A stretch of 64,000 nucleotides of DNA from a candidate division FCPU426 bacterium (GCA_963840035.1 CAWIXE010000002.1:1408001-1472000), one strand, 5' to 3'. Numbered from the stretch's first letter, positions 20,595 through 30,926 are shown. Translations and numbers: made by a program. Notes: generated from the letters alone by a model not told the origin.

Positions 20595-21837
20595 GAATAT
20601 CCGCCGCCTTTTTGACCCGCAAAGACATTATTGACGATATGAGGATCAGCAGATTAACGACAAACAATGTCCCGATTACCTGAAAAAAATTATCATGAAA
20701 AAACCACAAAACAGAGGCGTATATTATAATCCCCACAAAAACTATATATATAAAGTCATATTTATGCACCGCGAGGCTGTAATTAATGACCACATTCAGG
20801 AGGACAAGCGGCAATATGGCAATTCCAAACAACCTTACCACACCTTCAATATTCATGAACTTTTCCCCGAACATAACACCTATTATGAACTTTGGAAAAA
20901 GGAAGCAGAATACAATCCCAGCTACGCTGATGGCTGCCGTAAGCAGCAGGCTTTTATTTAGCAGATTCTTTGTCTCCTGGTTTAAGGCATGCTGTTCGGA
21001 AACTTTGGGGAAAAGCGTCATCACTATCGCTGACGGGAAGAACAGGAAAGCTTTCCCGATCATGGATGTGGCCGAATAAAGCCCCGCGTTATGCTCGTCA
21101 AAAAAGTGTTTCACCATGAAAACATCCATATAACTTAACAGTGAAAAACCTGTCATGGCAAAGAAAACAGGCATGGCGTAAGAAAAAAATTCCCGTTTGG
21201 TAAGCGGTTCTTCCTTTGTCTCCTTATATTTGAAAATAAAGGAAATCATTGCAACGCCGGCTATGTAAGCGATTAGGCTTCCTGCCATGGTTGTGGCAAG
21301 CGCGCCGCGCGTGCCCCACCCAAAGACGGCAAAAACAAAAAGGAGTAACAGCCTTAATCCAGCGTCAATCACGGAATTGATGCCAAGGCTGACAAATTTC
21401 TGCATCCCCTGCAGGATTCCCCTGACGTTTATTATCATCATTGATGCCAGCGCGATAAGGCTTAAAATAACAATTAACCCCTTGTCCCAAACCCTGAAAA
21501 ACTCCTGTAAAAAAGGCATGGCAATCAAAAATCCTGCCATATACGCGAAACCAAGCGCGAAAAACCATTTTGTGGACCGCTTAAAAAGGTGGAGTATGTT
21601 GCCGTATTTTCCGTGCGCGCTGAAAACAGATGTTTTCTTTACAACCGTCATCTGCAGCGACATCGCAGGCATGGTTACAATGATTATCATGGCCAGCAGG
21701 GTTACCAGAACCCCGTAATTCTCGGGGCCCAGCTGCCTGCTCGCTATGCTGTGAAAAATAAAATTTGAAATATTCACAACGCTCGAGGAAAGAAAAAGGA
21801 TCATAGAATCCTTTATCAAATGGTCTTTTTTATTCAT
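20584..21837 (-). CDS. Oligosaccharide flippase (Wzx/MOP family)
   Basis: About 12 TM segments; RQLGPENYG, DVFMVKHF, AGLYSA, LFPKVS. Confidence 0.88.
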   Translation of the reverse strand: MNKKDHLIKDSMILFLSSSVVNISNFIFHSIASRQLGPENYGVLVTLLAMIIIVTMPAMSLQMTVVKKTSVFSAHGKYGNILHLFKRSTKWFFALGFAYMAGFLIAMPFLQEFFRVWDKGLIVILSLIALASMMIINVRGILQGMQKFVSLGINSVIDAGLRLLLLFVFAVFGWGTRGALATTMAGSLIAYIAGVAMISFIFKYKETKEEPLTKREFFSYAMPVFFAMTGFSLLSYMDVFMVKHFFDEHNAGLYSATSMIGKAFLFFPSAIVMTLFPKVSEQHALNQETKNLLNKSLLLTAAISVAGIVFCFLFPKFIIGVMFGEKFMNIEGVVRLFGIAILPLVLLNVVINYSLAVHKYDFIYIVFVGIIIYASVLWFFHDNFFQVIGTLFVVNLLILISSIMSLRVKKAADIHAV

Positions 21838-21867
21838 TTCAACCGGTTCCCGGGCATTGAACTATTT

Positions 21868-22878
21868 TTATTCAAAAACCGGCCTGAACGCGATAACCTT
21901 ATTTTTGGAAATATCGGTCACATACACGTTGTCAGCCTGGTCTATCGTAATACCCAGCGGATTTCCAAAAAGGGGCTTGTCCTTCATGTCGTTTTTAATA
22001 ACCCCGACAGGCTTGTTATTCTTGTCCTTGGTGTTATAAACCACAACTTCCTGCGTCCCGCCTGATACCACATAAAGGTAATCTCGTGAATCTATGGCGA
22101 TCATGGGCCATAAAGGAAACGCCTGGTCCCATGCTTTTACTTTAATCTGCCCGACAGGCTGAAGGTCTGATGAGAATATGTTTATCCTTCTGTTGCCCGC
22201 GTCTGCGGCAAAAATCCTGCCCTTGGAATCAGAGGCTATGCCGAATACTTCGCTGAATTTTCCGGTACCGCGGCCCGCTCCTCCGGCAGGGTTGCCTACC
22301 CTGTTGCCTTCGGAATCAAAACGGTGCAGGCGGCTTGTGCCTGTATCCGCCACTATTACAATACCGTACTTATTTACAGCGACGTTCCTCGGGCTGTAAA
22401 AACCGGCTTTAACCCCGCCGATCTCAAAAATGTAACTTCCATTTGAATTAAATTTCTGTATCCTGCCGTTCCATGCGTCCGCGACATAAACATTGCCTTC
22501 GCCGTCGGTTGCGACGCCTGACGGTTCATTAAACTCTCCTGGTTTTTTTCCCTTGCCGCCCCATGCCAGCACAAATTCGCCGTCGGTTTTGAATTTATTT
22601 ATATATGAGCTGTTAAGGACCGAAACATAAAGGAACTTTCCGTCCGGCGATATGGAAATACCCCTTGGCGAGGAAAGCTGCCCTTTCTTTTCTCCGACAG
22701 TCCCCCACTCGCTTATCTTTTCAGCTTTTAAAGGTTTAACCGGCGCTCCGGCTTTCAATTTTGTGACACCTATGACAACCCCTATTGCGATAATCGCAAT
22801 GATAAGCACTCCAAGGCTTCCCAGCCCGCCTTTTTTACGCTTCTTTGTTTTCTTCGCCTTCTTTTTTTTCTTTGCCAT
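21868..22878 (-). CDS. Membrane-anchored NHL-repeat beta-propeller
   Basis: Basic N-terminus plus one TM; repeats such as GEFNEPSGVATDGEGNVYVADAWNGRIQKF. Confidence 0.9.
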   Translation of the reverse strand: MAKKKKKAKKTKKRKKGGLGSLGVLIIAIIAIGVVIGVTKLKAGAPVKPLKAEKISEWGTVGEKKGQLSSPRGISISPDGKFLYVSVLNSSYINKFKTDGEFVLAWGGKGKKPGEFNEPSGVATDGEGNVYVADAWNGRIQKFNSNGSYIFEIGGVKAGFYSPRNVAVNKYGIVIVADTGTSRLHRFDSEGNRVGNPAGGAGRGTGKFSEVFGIASDSKGRIFAADAGNRRINIFSSDLQPVGQIKVKAWDQAFPLWPMIAIDSRDYLYVVSGGTQEVVVYNTKDKNNKPVGVIKNDMKDKPLFGNPLGITIDQADNVYVTDISKNKVIAFRPVFE

Positions 22879-22930
22879 TTTTCCCTCCCGATATATTTAT
22901 GTTTATATTTTAATAGACTAAAAACAGCGT

Positions 22931-23932
22931 TTATTCTTCCAGGACGTTAATCTTTCCCGCGGCAGAATCGGTTACAAGTAGCTGCCCTCCGGTAAACACA
23001 GCCACTCCCATCGGGCATCCCATCTTCTGCTTCTTTGTGTCCGTCGTTATGGTTTTTAAAAGCGTCCCTTCGAGGTTATATTTCAGAACCCTGTGATTTG
23101 TTGAATCGGTTATGAACATGGTCCTTTTGGCCTTGTCAATGTCAAAATAAGGCTCCATCAGGCATCCATTTGATACCTGCTCTAAAGCCCATCCATTTAC
23201 CTTAAACTCCCTGATGTATTTGCCTGACGTGCTCATGACCTGTATCCTGTAATTGACCCTGTCAGCTATGTAAATATTTCCATCCGGCCCCTGCTTGATG
23301 GAAAACGGTTCAAAGAACTCGCCCGGTTTATCCGTGCCTTTTTCAACCCCGTTGCGTTTCTTTCCCCAGGCCGCGAGTTTTTTTCCGGCCTTATCCAGTT
23401 TATATACCAGGAAGTTTCCTGTATCCACTATGTAAATATTCCCGTCTTTATCCACAGCCACATCCCTCGGGCCCCATAATCCCAGGTCCCCGCCGACTGC
23501 CATGAGGAAACTTCCTGAATTATTGAAAATCTCAACCCGTCCGTTCCATGTGTCAGCCACGTAAACATTGCCGTCAGGGCCTATATCTATGCCGCATGGC
23601 TCCTTCATGTCTCCGGGGCCGCTTCCGTCCTTACCCCATGACAAAACAAAGTTCCCGGCATTGCTGAATTTTTGTATCCTGCTGTTGCGCGAATCCACCA
23701 CGTATACAAAGCCTTCCTTATCCACGGCAATATCCTTGGGCGTCTGGAAGTATCCCCTGTCAGAACCCTGGGCGCCGCCTGTGGTAAGTATGTTCTGAGG
23801 TACAGCGGCAGCTTTGCGCTCAGTCTTTAAGTTCGCGGGGTTAAACATCACCAGGATGATAAGCAGTATTGCCGCGAGAAGTGACCCTATAATTATTTTT
23901 TCCTGTTTTGACATCTGCGTTAAATCGATCAT
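22931..23932 (-). CDS. Membrane-anchored NHL-repeat beta-propeller
   Basis: N-terminal TM; repeats such as PKDIAVDKEGFVYVVDSRNSRIQKF. Confidence 0.9.
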   Translation of the reverse strand: MIDLTQMSKQEKIIIGSLLAAILLIILVMFNPANLKTERKAAAVPQNILTTGGAQGSDRGYFQTPKDIAVDKEGFVYVVDSRNSRIQKFSNAGNFVLSWGKDGSGPGDMKEPCGIDIGPDGNVYVADTWNGRVEIFNNSGSFLMAVGGDLGLWGPRDVAVDKDGNIYIVDTGNFLVYKLDKAGKKLAAWGKKRNGVEKGTDKPGEFFEPFSIKQGPDGNIYIADRVNYRIQVMSTSGKYIREFKVNGWALEQVSNGCLMEPYFDIDKAKRTMFITDSTNHRVLKYNLEGTLLKTITTDTKKQKMGCPMGVAVFTGGQLLVTDSAAGKINVLEE

Positions 23933-25875
23933 TATTCGCCTCCTGTCCAGTACTTTTCATATTCTTTTTTTACATAGACCACAAAGTCATATGAACCAAG
24001 TTCATTCCATACATCCCTGTACATGAACCTTTTCCACAGCATTGTGAATTTTTCGCCGAGCGGCGCTTTCCACCATTTGTTCTCATCCGGCGCCCACCAT
24101 TCGCGCAGTTTGTACCTCTCAAAGTAATAATCCTTTGAAAGCAGGTCTTTAACGCGCTGGTCATGGCCCGGATTGGCCTCCTCGATGCCTGAAAGGATCA
24201 GCGGCTTGCCCAGCTGATACTCAGGCACGTTCTTGGGTTCATACGCGATCTTTTTATAATCACGCAGGTACCAGGCGAAAGGCCAGGTGCAATAGTCTTC
24301 TATTACTATCTCCATATTTGTCGGGTCAAAATTCCTGAACTCCCCGCTGTCCCATTTCGCGCGTTTCATTTCCTCGGAGAACCTTATGATCTTTTTTGCC
24401 ACATGGGTGACATCAGTGGATGACTGGACGTAAACCAGGGATTCTTTCGGCGACGCGCCGTCCCCGTAGAAACACACGCTTATCGCTCCATGCAGCGTTC
24501 CCATAGTCAAAAGTATGAACATGACCATCCCTGCCGACCTTTTCCAGCCCCAATCCTCGCGCTGGAACATGTCCGCACAGAACTTACCGGCAAGTATTAC
24601 CATGGGAAGCAGCGGATGAATGGCAAGCCAAGGCATTTTTTCCCCGGCCCATGAATATACTATCATGGACATAATCCACCAGTAAATCACAAACAGATTG
24701 AAAAAAGTCCTTTTTTCCTTTACCACTATGTAATAAACACTCGCTATCAGCATAAAAAACACCGCAGTCAGTTCGTAAAAAGGTATCATGAGGAAATAGA
24801 AATACGCAGGCTGGCTTCCCCTTTCAACGCCGTGCTGCCCGAGCCAGTATATAAGCCCTCCAACATAACCATCCCATATAAATTTCAGATTAGAAAAGAA
24901 CCCTGCCCCCGGCTGTTTGCCGAAATACAGGATCCCGTGGGTAAATACAAAAACCGCCAGCGCGATGAAGAATACTTTTTTGCCCTCACCCAGCCAGTAG
25001 TTCACGGTCTCATAAAAAGAACCTTCCTTGCCTGTCTTCTCCGGGTTATTCCTGTAGGAATATTCCCATAGCCACCGGCCCATAAGGAATGTGCCGAAAA
25101 TGAACATGGTTATGTAATTTGCCTCCTTGGTGGCCCATGAAAAGGCAAAACCCACCATGGCAAGATACAGCCAGCCGGGTTTCCTCGAATCAAAGTAACG
25201 CATAAGTCCAATAAAAAGCATGATCGTATCCACAGCCATAAATATATCCTCGCGTATGAACCTGGCCTGGTACATCCATGTAGGCGATACTGCCATAAGA
25301 AGCGCCGCAAGCACCGCTCCGAGCCTGCCCATATAAGGCTTGAAAAAATACATAAGGAGCACGCCGGCAACTCCGTAAATAGCCGGGGCAACCCTTGACG
25401 TATAGTCGCTTGTGCCAAAAAGGAAGTATATCAGGGCGTTCGCGTGGTAGTGGAACGGGCCGTGCATCATCGGGTTATATGTGTACCCGTCGCCGATGAA
25501 AAGCTTCCACGCGTAAAAAGCGTGCATGGATTCATCATGATGCAGCGGCTTGATCCCGAGGTCGGTAAACCTGGTGCATATGGTAAATATCAATATCGCG
25601 GCCCACGCGAGTATTTCCCAGTTAATGGCAAATCCTGACGCGGGCGCGGACTGCATTACCTCAGCGGAGTCCTGAAAAATGGCCGCTGTCTTTTTTATTT
25701 CCTTTACGGTTTTTTCAGCCGCAGGTTTTGCTTTTTTCTTCTCCGCAACTTCGGGGGCCGCCTTTACCGGAGCGGATTCTTCCCTTGCCGCGAGCTTGGA
25801 GCCGCAACTGTCGCAGAACCTGTTTGATTTCGGGTTCTCTTCCCCGCATTTGGGGCACTTTAAGGTCTCGGACAT
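23932..25875 (-). CDS. TIGR03663/Agl23-like GT-C membrane glycosyltransferase with N-terminal zinc ribbon
   Basis: RFTDLG.KPLHHDES.HA, Y.YNPMMHGPF, ARFIRED, ATKE, EKMPWLAIH, LVYVQSS; N-terminal CPKC..CDSC. Confidence 0.85.
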   Translation of the reverse strand: MSETLKCPKCGEENPKSNRFCDSCGSKLAAREESAPVKAAPEVAEKKKAKPAAEKTVKEIKKTAAIFQDSAEVMQSAPASGFAINWEILAWAAILIFTICTRFTDLGIKPLHHDESMHAFYAWKLFIGDGYTYNPMMHGPFHYHANALIYFLFGTSDYTSRVAPAIYGVAGVLLMYFFKPYMGRLGAVLAALLMAVSPTWMYQARFIREDIFMAVDTIMLFIGLMRYFDSRKPGWLYLAMVGFAFSWATKEANYITMFIFGTFLMGRWLWEYSYRNNPEKTGKEGSFYETVNYWLGEGKKVFFIALAVFVFTHGILYFGKQPGAGFFSNLKFIWDGYVGGLIYWLGQHGVERGSQPAYFYFLMIPFYELTAVFFMLIASVYYIVVKEKRTFFNLFVIYWWIMSMIVYSWAGEKMPWLAIHPLLPMVILAGKFCADMFQREDWGWKRSAGMVMFILLTMGTLHGAISVCFYGDGASPKESLVYVQSSTDVTHVAKKIIRFSEEMKRAKWDSGEFRNFDPTNMEIVIEDYCTWPFAWYLRDYKKIAYEPKNVPEYQLGKPLILSGIEEANPGHDQRVKDLLSKDYYFERYKLREWWAPDENKWWKAPLGEKFTMLWKRFMYRDVWNELGSYDFVVYVKKEYEKYWTGGE

Positions 25876-25890
25876 TTTTATTCCTCCTGC

Positions 25891-28335
25891 TTATCTGATT
25901 TTATATATTATTGTATCCATTTTATTCGCGTATACAGGCTCCACCAGCTGCTGCTTGTACATCTCCTCAAACTTCGCGAGGCCCTGCGGGCTCTTGGCGT
26001 ATTTATCGCGCTCAAGCACTCCCATATAGATATATCTTATGTTGTACTGGCGCATGAGCTCCATGGCCCTGTTTATATCCGGCGTCTCATACATTTCGCG
26101 CACGTCATTTTCGCGCCTGGCCGCTTCATCACCGGAACCCCTCCACTGCGTTTCATGCCATGGCCATCCTATAACCGTGGGAAGCCCTGTGAATGACGCT
26201 ATCCTGGCGTATTCGGTGTACGAACCGCCGCATGCTTCAAGTATGGCAGGCGAACCCTTTATGCTTTTATTTATAAAATTTATCGCCTCAAAATCGCCGT
26301 ACGCCGGAAGCCTGTTGTCGTATGAAAAATCGCGCAGGAATTCCGAACCATCGAGCGTCATGCTCTTGCCAGGATTGTTCGTCCTGATGAGTGTCCCGCC
26401 TAAGGTATACATGAAACCGCAGATGACAAGTATCGTGAAAATGGTATTCCATGCTATTTTTACCATCCTCGGCTTGAACCTGAGGTAAAAATCATTTATC
26501 CAGAAGAACGCGTACGCTGAAGCCACTGACAGCATTATCCATGCCTGGTAATAGAACTTAAAAACCGTATTCATCCTGCCAAGTTTTGTATTGTCATTGA
26601 ACCCGTCTTTGATCCTTAAAAGTTCCGTTCCAAAAGTGGCAAAGAGCGCCGTAAATATAAGTATAATAATGAACTGATTCTCTTTAAGTTCCGTCTTTGT
26701 GGTACCCAGGACAACAAGAGCTCCAAGAAGGAGAAAAATAACCCCGACAGTAATTCCGGGAACAGCCTTGTCAACGAGAGTCTTGTAAATAATGAATATC
26801 AGGGCCAGCCCGATGGCTATGCCTGAATACAGCATCACCTTGCTGCCTTTGGACCCTGCCGGGTCTATCAGAAACTTGAAAAAAGACATGGCTGTCTCAT
26901 TTGATTTTTTAACTGAGAGTTCTGTCCCTCCGAGATAAAGCTCTTCCCCGTTTATCCTGTATCCGCACTGTCCGCATATCATCTTGCCTTCGCGGAACTG
27001 GGAGTGGCATCGCGGGCAGTACAGGTCCCTTTTTTTGACTTTAGAACCGGCGCCCTGCGACTTAAGCGCGTATATCCAGTTTAAGACCCTGGCTGTCATG
27101 AATGACAAAACCGGGAAAAGCATGATGCCAAAAATAATCAGATAATCGGTGATGCGCGTATTGACCAGGACAGGGGATATTCCTTTTACCTGTGACTTGA
27201 ATGATACCGTAAAAGGCAGGTATGCCACGATCGCCACGCCGAGGATGATGCCAAGCGAAATCCCAGCGTCCTTTATCCAGTTCTCAATCTTCTCATCCCT
27301 GGAATATTTGTATGAGAAAACACAAAGCGCCGCTACAAAAAAGTATGTCGGAAAATCCCAGGAATTAAGGAACCAGAGCCCGCCAAGGACAAGCCCGGAA
27401 AATACAAGGAACGCTATTTTTTCAAATTTGACCTCAAATAGGTTTTTGTCCTCAGTCTTAATCAGCGACAGGGCAATATTAAGCGTTAACAGGACAAATG
27501 GAACCGCCATCTGGTGCGGGTGCATGTCGCCCAAAAGATACGAGAAGAATGGAAATTCCGTAATGGTATAGTCATTTTCATAATCCATAACCCTGGTAGA
27601 ATCCCACCAGTTAAAATTAGAAAAGGACATATGGTTCTGGAAGAACTGCAGTACCCCGTCAAAATTTCCCAGTACCAGAAGGAACGCGAAGGCGACAAAA
27701 CCGATGAAGAAATTCTTCGTAAGGTTGTACATAAGTCCCAGGATGCCGATTGCCGAGATGGCATACAGGTATGTAAGAGCCACGTTATACGCCATACCAT
27801 TCGGTATGGCCGTCAGTTTCAGAATAATGCCCATCATAACGTACCCGAAATAATAGTAACTGATGTGCTGCCCGGCGCCTGCCATCCACGGGTCATATGG
27901 CGGCATTTTATCGCATCTGCCCACGGAGTTCATGAAGGCAAAATCCATGAATTTCTCCTGCCCCAGTATGTCCGGGTGGTACATTTTCCAGAAGGCATGC
28001 GCAAGGAATATGAAAAGATAGAAAAGCTCCGTGATAATTATCATCGCGTACTTTTCCCCGACGAAATCAAGTATCTCTTTTTTGTATTTCATGAACGCGT
28101 AAGCGGAAACCGCCGACATGGCAATAATAACCCCGATAATTGAGACCGTGGAGAAATTAAAATATCCGATCAGCCAGCTTAAGTACCCGACAATGAAAAG
28201 CCCGGCTATCTTCGAGAAAAGGTATCCCCTGTCATACGATTTTTTAAAGAAGAAAAAACTTATTGGGAAAGCAAGCAGACCGATAATTACCGAAATGAAC
28301 CACCAGTTGATGATGTATCCAAAATATACTCCCAC
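25891..28335 (-). CDS. DUF2298 (Chlor_Arch_YYY) GT-C-like membrane protein with internal zinc ribbon
   Basis: EKFMDFAF, PPYDPWMAG..ISYYYFGY, ITEFPFFSYLLGDMHPH, NSWDFP, RMNTVFKFYYQAW, TGLPTVIGW; internal CPRC..CGQC. Confidence 0.9.
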   Translation of the reverse strand: MGVYFGYIINWWFISVIIGLLAFPISFFFFKKSYDRGYLFSKIAGLFIVGYLSWLIGYFNFSTVSIIGVIIAMSAVSAYAFMKYKKEILDFVGEKYAMIIITELFYLFIFLAHAFWKMYHPDILGQEKFMDFAFMNSVGRCDKMPPYDPWMAGAGQHISYYYFGYVMMGIILKLTAIPNGMAYNVALTYLYAISAIGILGLMYNLTKNFFIGFVAFAFLLVLGNFDGVLQFFQNHMSFSNFNWWDSTRVMDYENDYTITEFPFFSYLLGDMHPHQMAVPFVLLTLNIALSLIKTEDKNLFEVKFEKIAFLVFSGLVLGGLWFLNSWDFPTYFFVAALCVFSYKYSRDEKIENWIKDAGISLGIILGVAIVAYLPFTVSFKSQVKGISPVLVNTRITDYLIIFGIMLFPVLSFMTARVLNWIYALKSQGAGSKVKKRDLYCPRCHSQFREGKMICGQCGYRINGEELYLGGTELSVKKSNETAMSFFKFLIDPAGSKGSKVMLYSGIAIGLALIFIIYKTLVDKAVPGITVGVIFLLLGALVVLGTTKTELKENQFIIILIFTALFATFGTELLRIKDGFNDNTKLGRMNTVFKFYYQAWIMLSVASAYAFFWINDFYLRFKPRMVKIAWNTIFTILVICGFMYTLGGTLIRTNNPGKSMTLDGSEFLRDFSYDNRLPAYGDFEAINFINKSIKGSPAILEACGGSYTEYARIASFTGLPTVIGWPWHETQWRGSGDEAARRENDVREMYETPDINRAMELMRQYNIRYIYMGVLERDKYAKSPQGLAKFEEMYKQQLVEPVYANKMDTIIYKIR

Positions 28336-28682
28336 TTCGCACCTCCGGAATTTATCCTTTGATTAATGGCTGTTTATCAAACCCTATAAATAAAATATGG
28401 AAAAATTATAGCGAAATACGGGGTTTTTGTCAACCGTGTATAATAAGGGAAGGCGGATTTTCGATTCCGAATTTTCAATTTTCAATTATAACCGGCTTAT
28501 TTATAAGGAAAAAAACAAAAATGCAGGTATTATTAATCGCGTTATATATAAACCTTGATATATATGAGTAATCTTTGACTTAAACCTGTTAAAAAGCCAT
28601 GTTTGCGCTATAATTCAGCCCTGGACTTTAAAACAACTAAAATCGAAAATTTAAAATATAAAATTCAAAATTATATAAGAAC

Positions 28683-30515
28683 CTACTTTTCCTCGTTCAT
28701 ATTCTGCATTTCTATGGTGGCCCTTTTGCGCTTGTTTGCCTCCAGGATTTTCTTTCTCATCCTGATGTTTTTGGGGGTTATCTCAAGCAGCTCATCATCC
28801 GCGATGTATTCCATTCCCTGTTCCAGGGAAAATTTTCTCGGGGTTTCAAGCTTTATGGCGTCATCAGTGCCTGACGCCCTCATATTTGTAAGTTTTTTGC
28901 CCTTGCAGACATTTATAATCATGTCATTCTCACGGCTGTTCTCGCCGACTATCATACCCGCGTAAACCTCAGCGCCGGGATTCACAAAGAACTGCCCCCT
29001 GTCCTGCAGTTTGTCCATGGCATAAGCAACAGCCACACCCTCTTCCATTACCACAAGCACGCCGCGCGTCCTGGTCGGTACCTCGCCGCGGTAAGGGCCG
29101 TATTCATGAAATGAATGGTTCAGTATGCCCGTGCCCCTTGTCTCTGTCATAAAATCATTCCTGAAGCCGAGCAGCCCCCTGGTCGGGACCATGAACTCGA
29201 TTCTGGTATAACTGTCGGCACCCGGAACCATATTTGTCATCGTGCCTTTTCTTACTCCCATCTTTTCAATTACCATGCCCACAAATTCATTCGGGACATC
29301 TATGATGGCATGCTCTATGGGCTCATGTTTTTCGCCGTCCACATTATGGAATATTACCTGCGGCTTTGACACCTGCAGCTCAAAACCCTCGCGCCTCATA
29401 TTCTCTATCAGGATTGCCAGCTGAAGTTCGCCCCTGCCTTTTACCACAAAAGAATCGGGTGTTTCAGTATTCTCAACAATAATGGATACATTTGTCTGCA
29501 GTTCCTTATCGAGCCTTTCCCTTATATTACGCGAAGTAACGTACTTTCCTTCTTTTCCCGCGAAAGGCGAATCATTGACCTTAAAGGTCATGGACATGGT
29601 CGGCCTGTCAATATCTATGGTCGGAAGTTCAACCGGATTTTCTTTGCATGCCACAGTCTCGCCGACGTCAATAGTTTCAAGCCCGGCTATGCAAACTATG
29701 TCTCCGGCCAGGGCTTCCTTTACCTCAACCTTTGCCAGCCCTTCATACGCGAAAATCTTCGTGACTTTATACAGCAGCCTGTCGCCGCCCCTCTTCATAA
29801 GGACCACTTCATCGCCCTGCGCGACCTTTCCGTTGCATATCTTTCCGGTCCCCATTTTACCGAGGTAGTTATCGTAGGAAATGGCCGACGTCAGGAACTG
29901 AAACGGTTTGTTGACGTCACCCATGGTGTCTTCAACATGGTTTATGATCATATCAAAAAGCGGCGTTAAATCCTTTGCCTCATCATGCATGTGGTACTTT
30001 GCCACGCCTTCGCGCGCAGAGGCAAAAACTATTGGGAATTCCAGCTGGTCATCAGCCGCGTTAAGCTCCACAAATAGGTCAAATACCATGTTCACAACTT
30101 CATCGGGCCTGGCGTTCGGCCTGTCTATCTTATTTATGACGACTATCGGCATAAGGCCCAGCTCAAGGCATTTTTTCAGCACATACTTTGTCTGCGGCAT
30201 GGTACCCTCAAAAGCGTCAACCACGAGCAGGACAGAGTCAACCATCTTCAGGATACGCTGTACTTCGCCGCCGAAGTCAGCGTGGCCGGGAGTATCAACA
30301 ATATTTACCTTATAATCCTTGTAATGAAAAGCTGCATTTTTTGAAAATATGGTGATGCCGCGCTCTTTTTCCAGGTCATTTGAATCCATAACCCTTTCTT
30401 CAAGTTTCTGGTGGGACTTAAAAACACCCGACTGTCTGAGCATGGCGTCAACAAGTGTTGTTTTGCCATGGTCAACGTGGGCTACTATTGCGATATTCTT
30501 GATCTTGCGCATCAT
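28683..30515 (-). CDS. typA: Translational GTPase TypA/BipA (probable start 30515)
   Basis: NIAIVAHVDHGKTTLVD, DTPGHADFGGEV, VNDSPFAG, GRGELQL; AAGGAG RBS just upstream of 30515. Confidence 0.98.
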   Translation of the reverse strand: MMRKIKNIAIVAHVDHGKTTLVDAMLRQSGVFKSHQKLEERVMDSNDLEKERGITIFSKNAAFHYKDYKVNIVDTPGHADFGGEVQRILKMVDSVLLVVDAFEGTMPQTKYVLKKCLELGLMPIVVINKIDRPNARPDEVVNMVFDLFVELNAADDQLEFPIVFASAREGVAKYHMHDEAKDLTPLFDMIINHVEDTMGDVNKPFQFLTSAISYDNYLGKMGTGKICNGKVAQGDEVVLMKRGGDRLLYKVTKIFAYEGLAKVEVKEALAGDIVCIAGLETIDVGETVACKENPVELPTIDIDRPTMSMTFKVNDSPFAGKEGKYVTSRNIRERLDKELQTNVSIIVENTETPDSFVVKGRGELQLAILIENMRREGFELQVSKPQVIFHNVDGEKHEPIEHAIIDVPNEFVGMVIEKMGVRKGTMTNMVPGADSYTRIEFMVPTRGLLGFRNDFMTETRGTGILNHSFHEYGPYRGEVPTRTRGVLVVMEEGVAVAYAMDKLQDRGQFFVNPGAEVYAGMIVGENSRENDMIINVCKGKKLTNMRASGTDDAIKLETPRKFSLEQGMEYIADDELLEITPKNIRMRKKILEANKRKRATIEMQNMNEEK

Positions 30516-30613
30516 GTTCAGGCTCCTTAAGAAACTCATATAAATGAAATAAGGCTGCATCGCAGCCTTTTTTAGTCACCTCTCACCTCTCAACGTTCTG
30601 AGGCTTTTGACCT

Positions 30614-30655
30614 AAAAAAAGAAAACCCGGGCTCTGTCAAAGATTGAGCCCGGGT
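30614..30655 (-). terminator. Intrinsic terminator in the typA leader
   Basis: ACCCGGGCTC...GAGCCCGGGT followed by a T-rich tract, about 100 nt before typA. Confidence 0.85.
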
Positions 30656-30785
30656 AAAAGCAGAATCTCGAACTACTTCTGAACAATTACCTTTCGAAAA
30701 CTGTTCCAAAGCTAGTTCTGTTTCTACTTCTACCGCTCGTCTTGTTGCAGGTTCTATTGCGCTTACCTCTTCCTCTTGCTGATAA

Positions 30786-30814
30786 ATTATAGCAGTTTAG
30801 TACTTAAATAGCAA
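30786..30814 (-). promoter_or_regulatory. Sigma70 promoter upstream of the typA leader
   Basis: TTGCTA-N17-TATAAT with an extended -10 TG. Confidence 0.8.
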
Positions 30815-30821
30815 GTCTTTA

Positions 30822-30911
30822 GTCGCTGGACGCTGGACCCAAGACCCAAGTCCCAAGATGGGACTTGCTGTTTGAGATTTACGACTTGGGTCGTGGGTCT
30901 TGCGACTTGGG
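30822..30911. repeat. Inverted heptamer-repeat hairpin (cccaaga / cttggg)
   Basis: gacccaagacccaagtcccaag ... cgacttgggtcgtgggtcttgcgacttggg. Confidence 0.7.
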
Positions 30912-30926
30912 CCGCATACCCCAACC

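Noticed and set aside
30516..30560. Longer ORF-track starts for typA (also 43993, 52827, 56460, 61889)
   Set aside because: Downstream ATGs have better RBSs and match family N-termini.
30653..30780. SRP RNA, T-box or lysine riboswitch identity for the typA leader
   Set aside because: Diagnostic motifs are absent; kept only as an unclassified leader.
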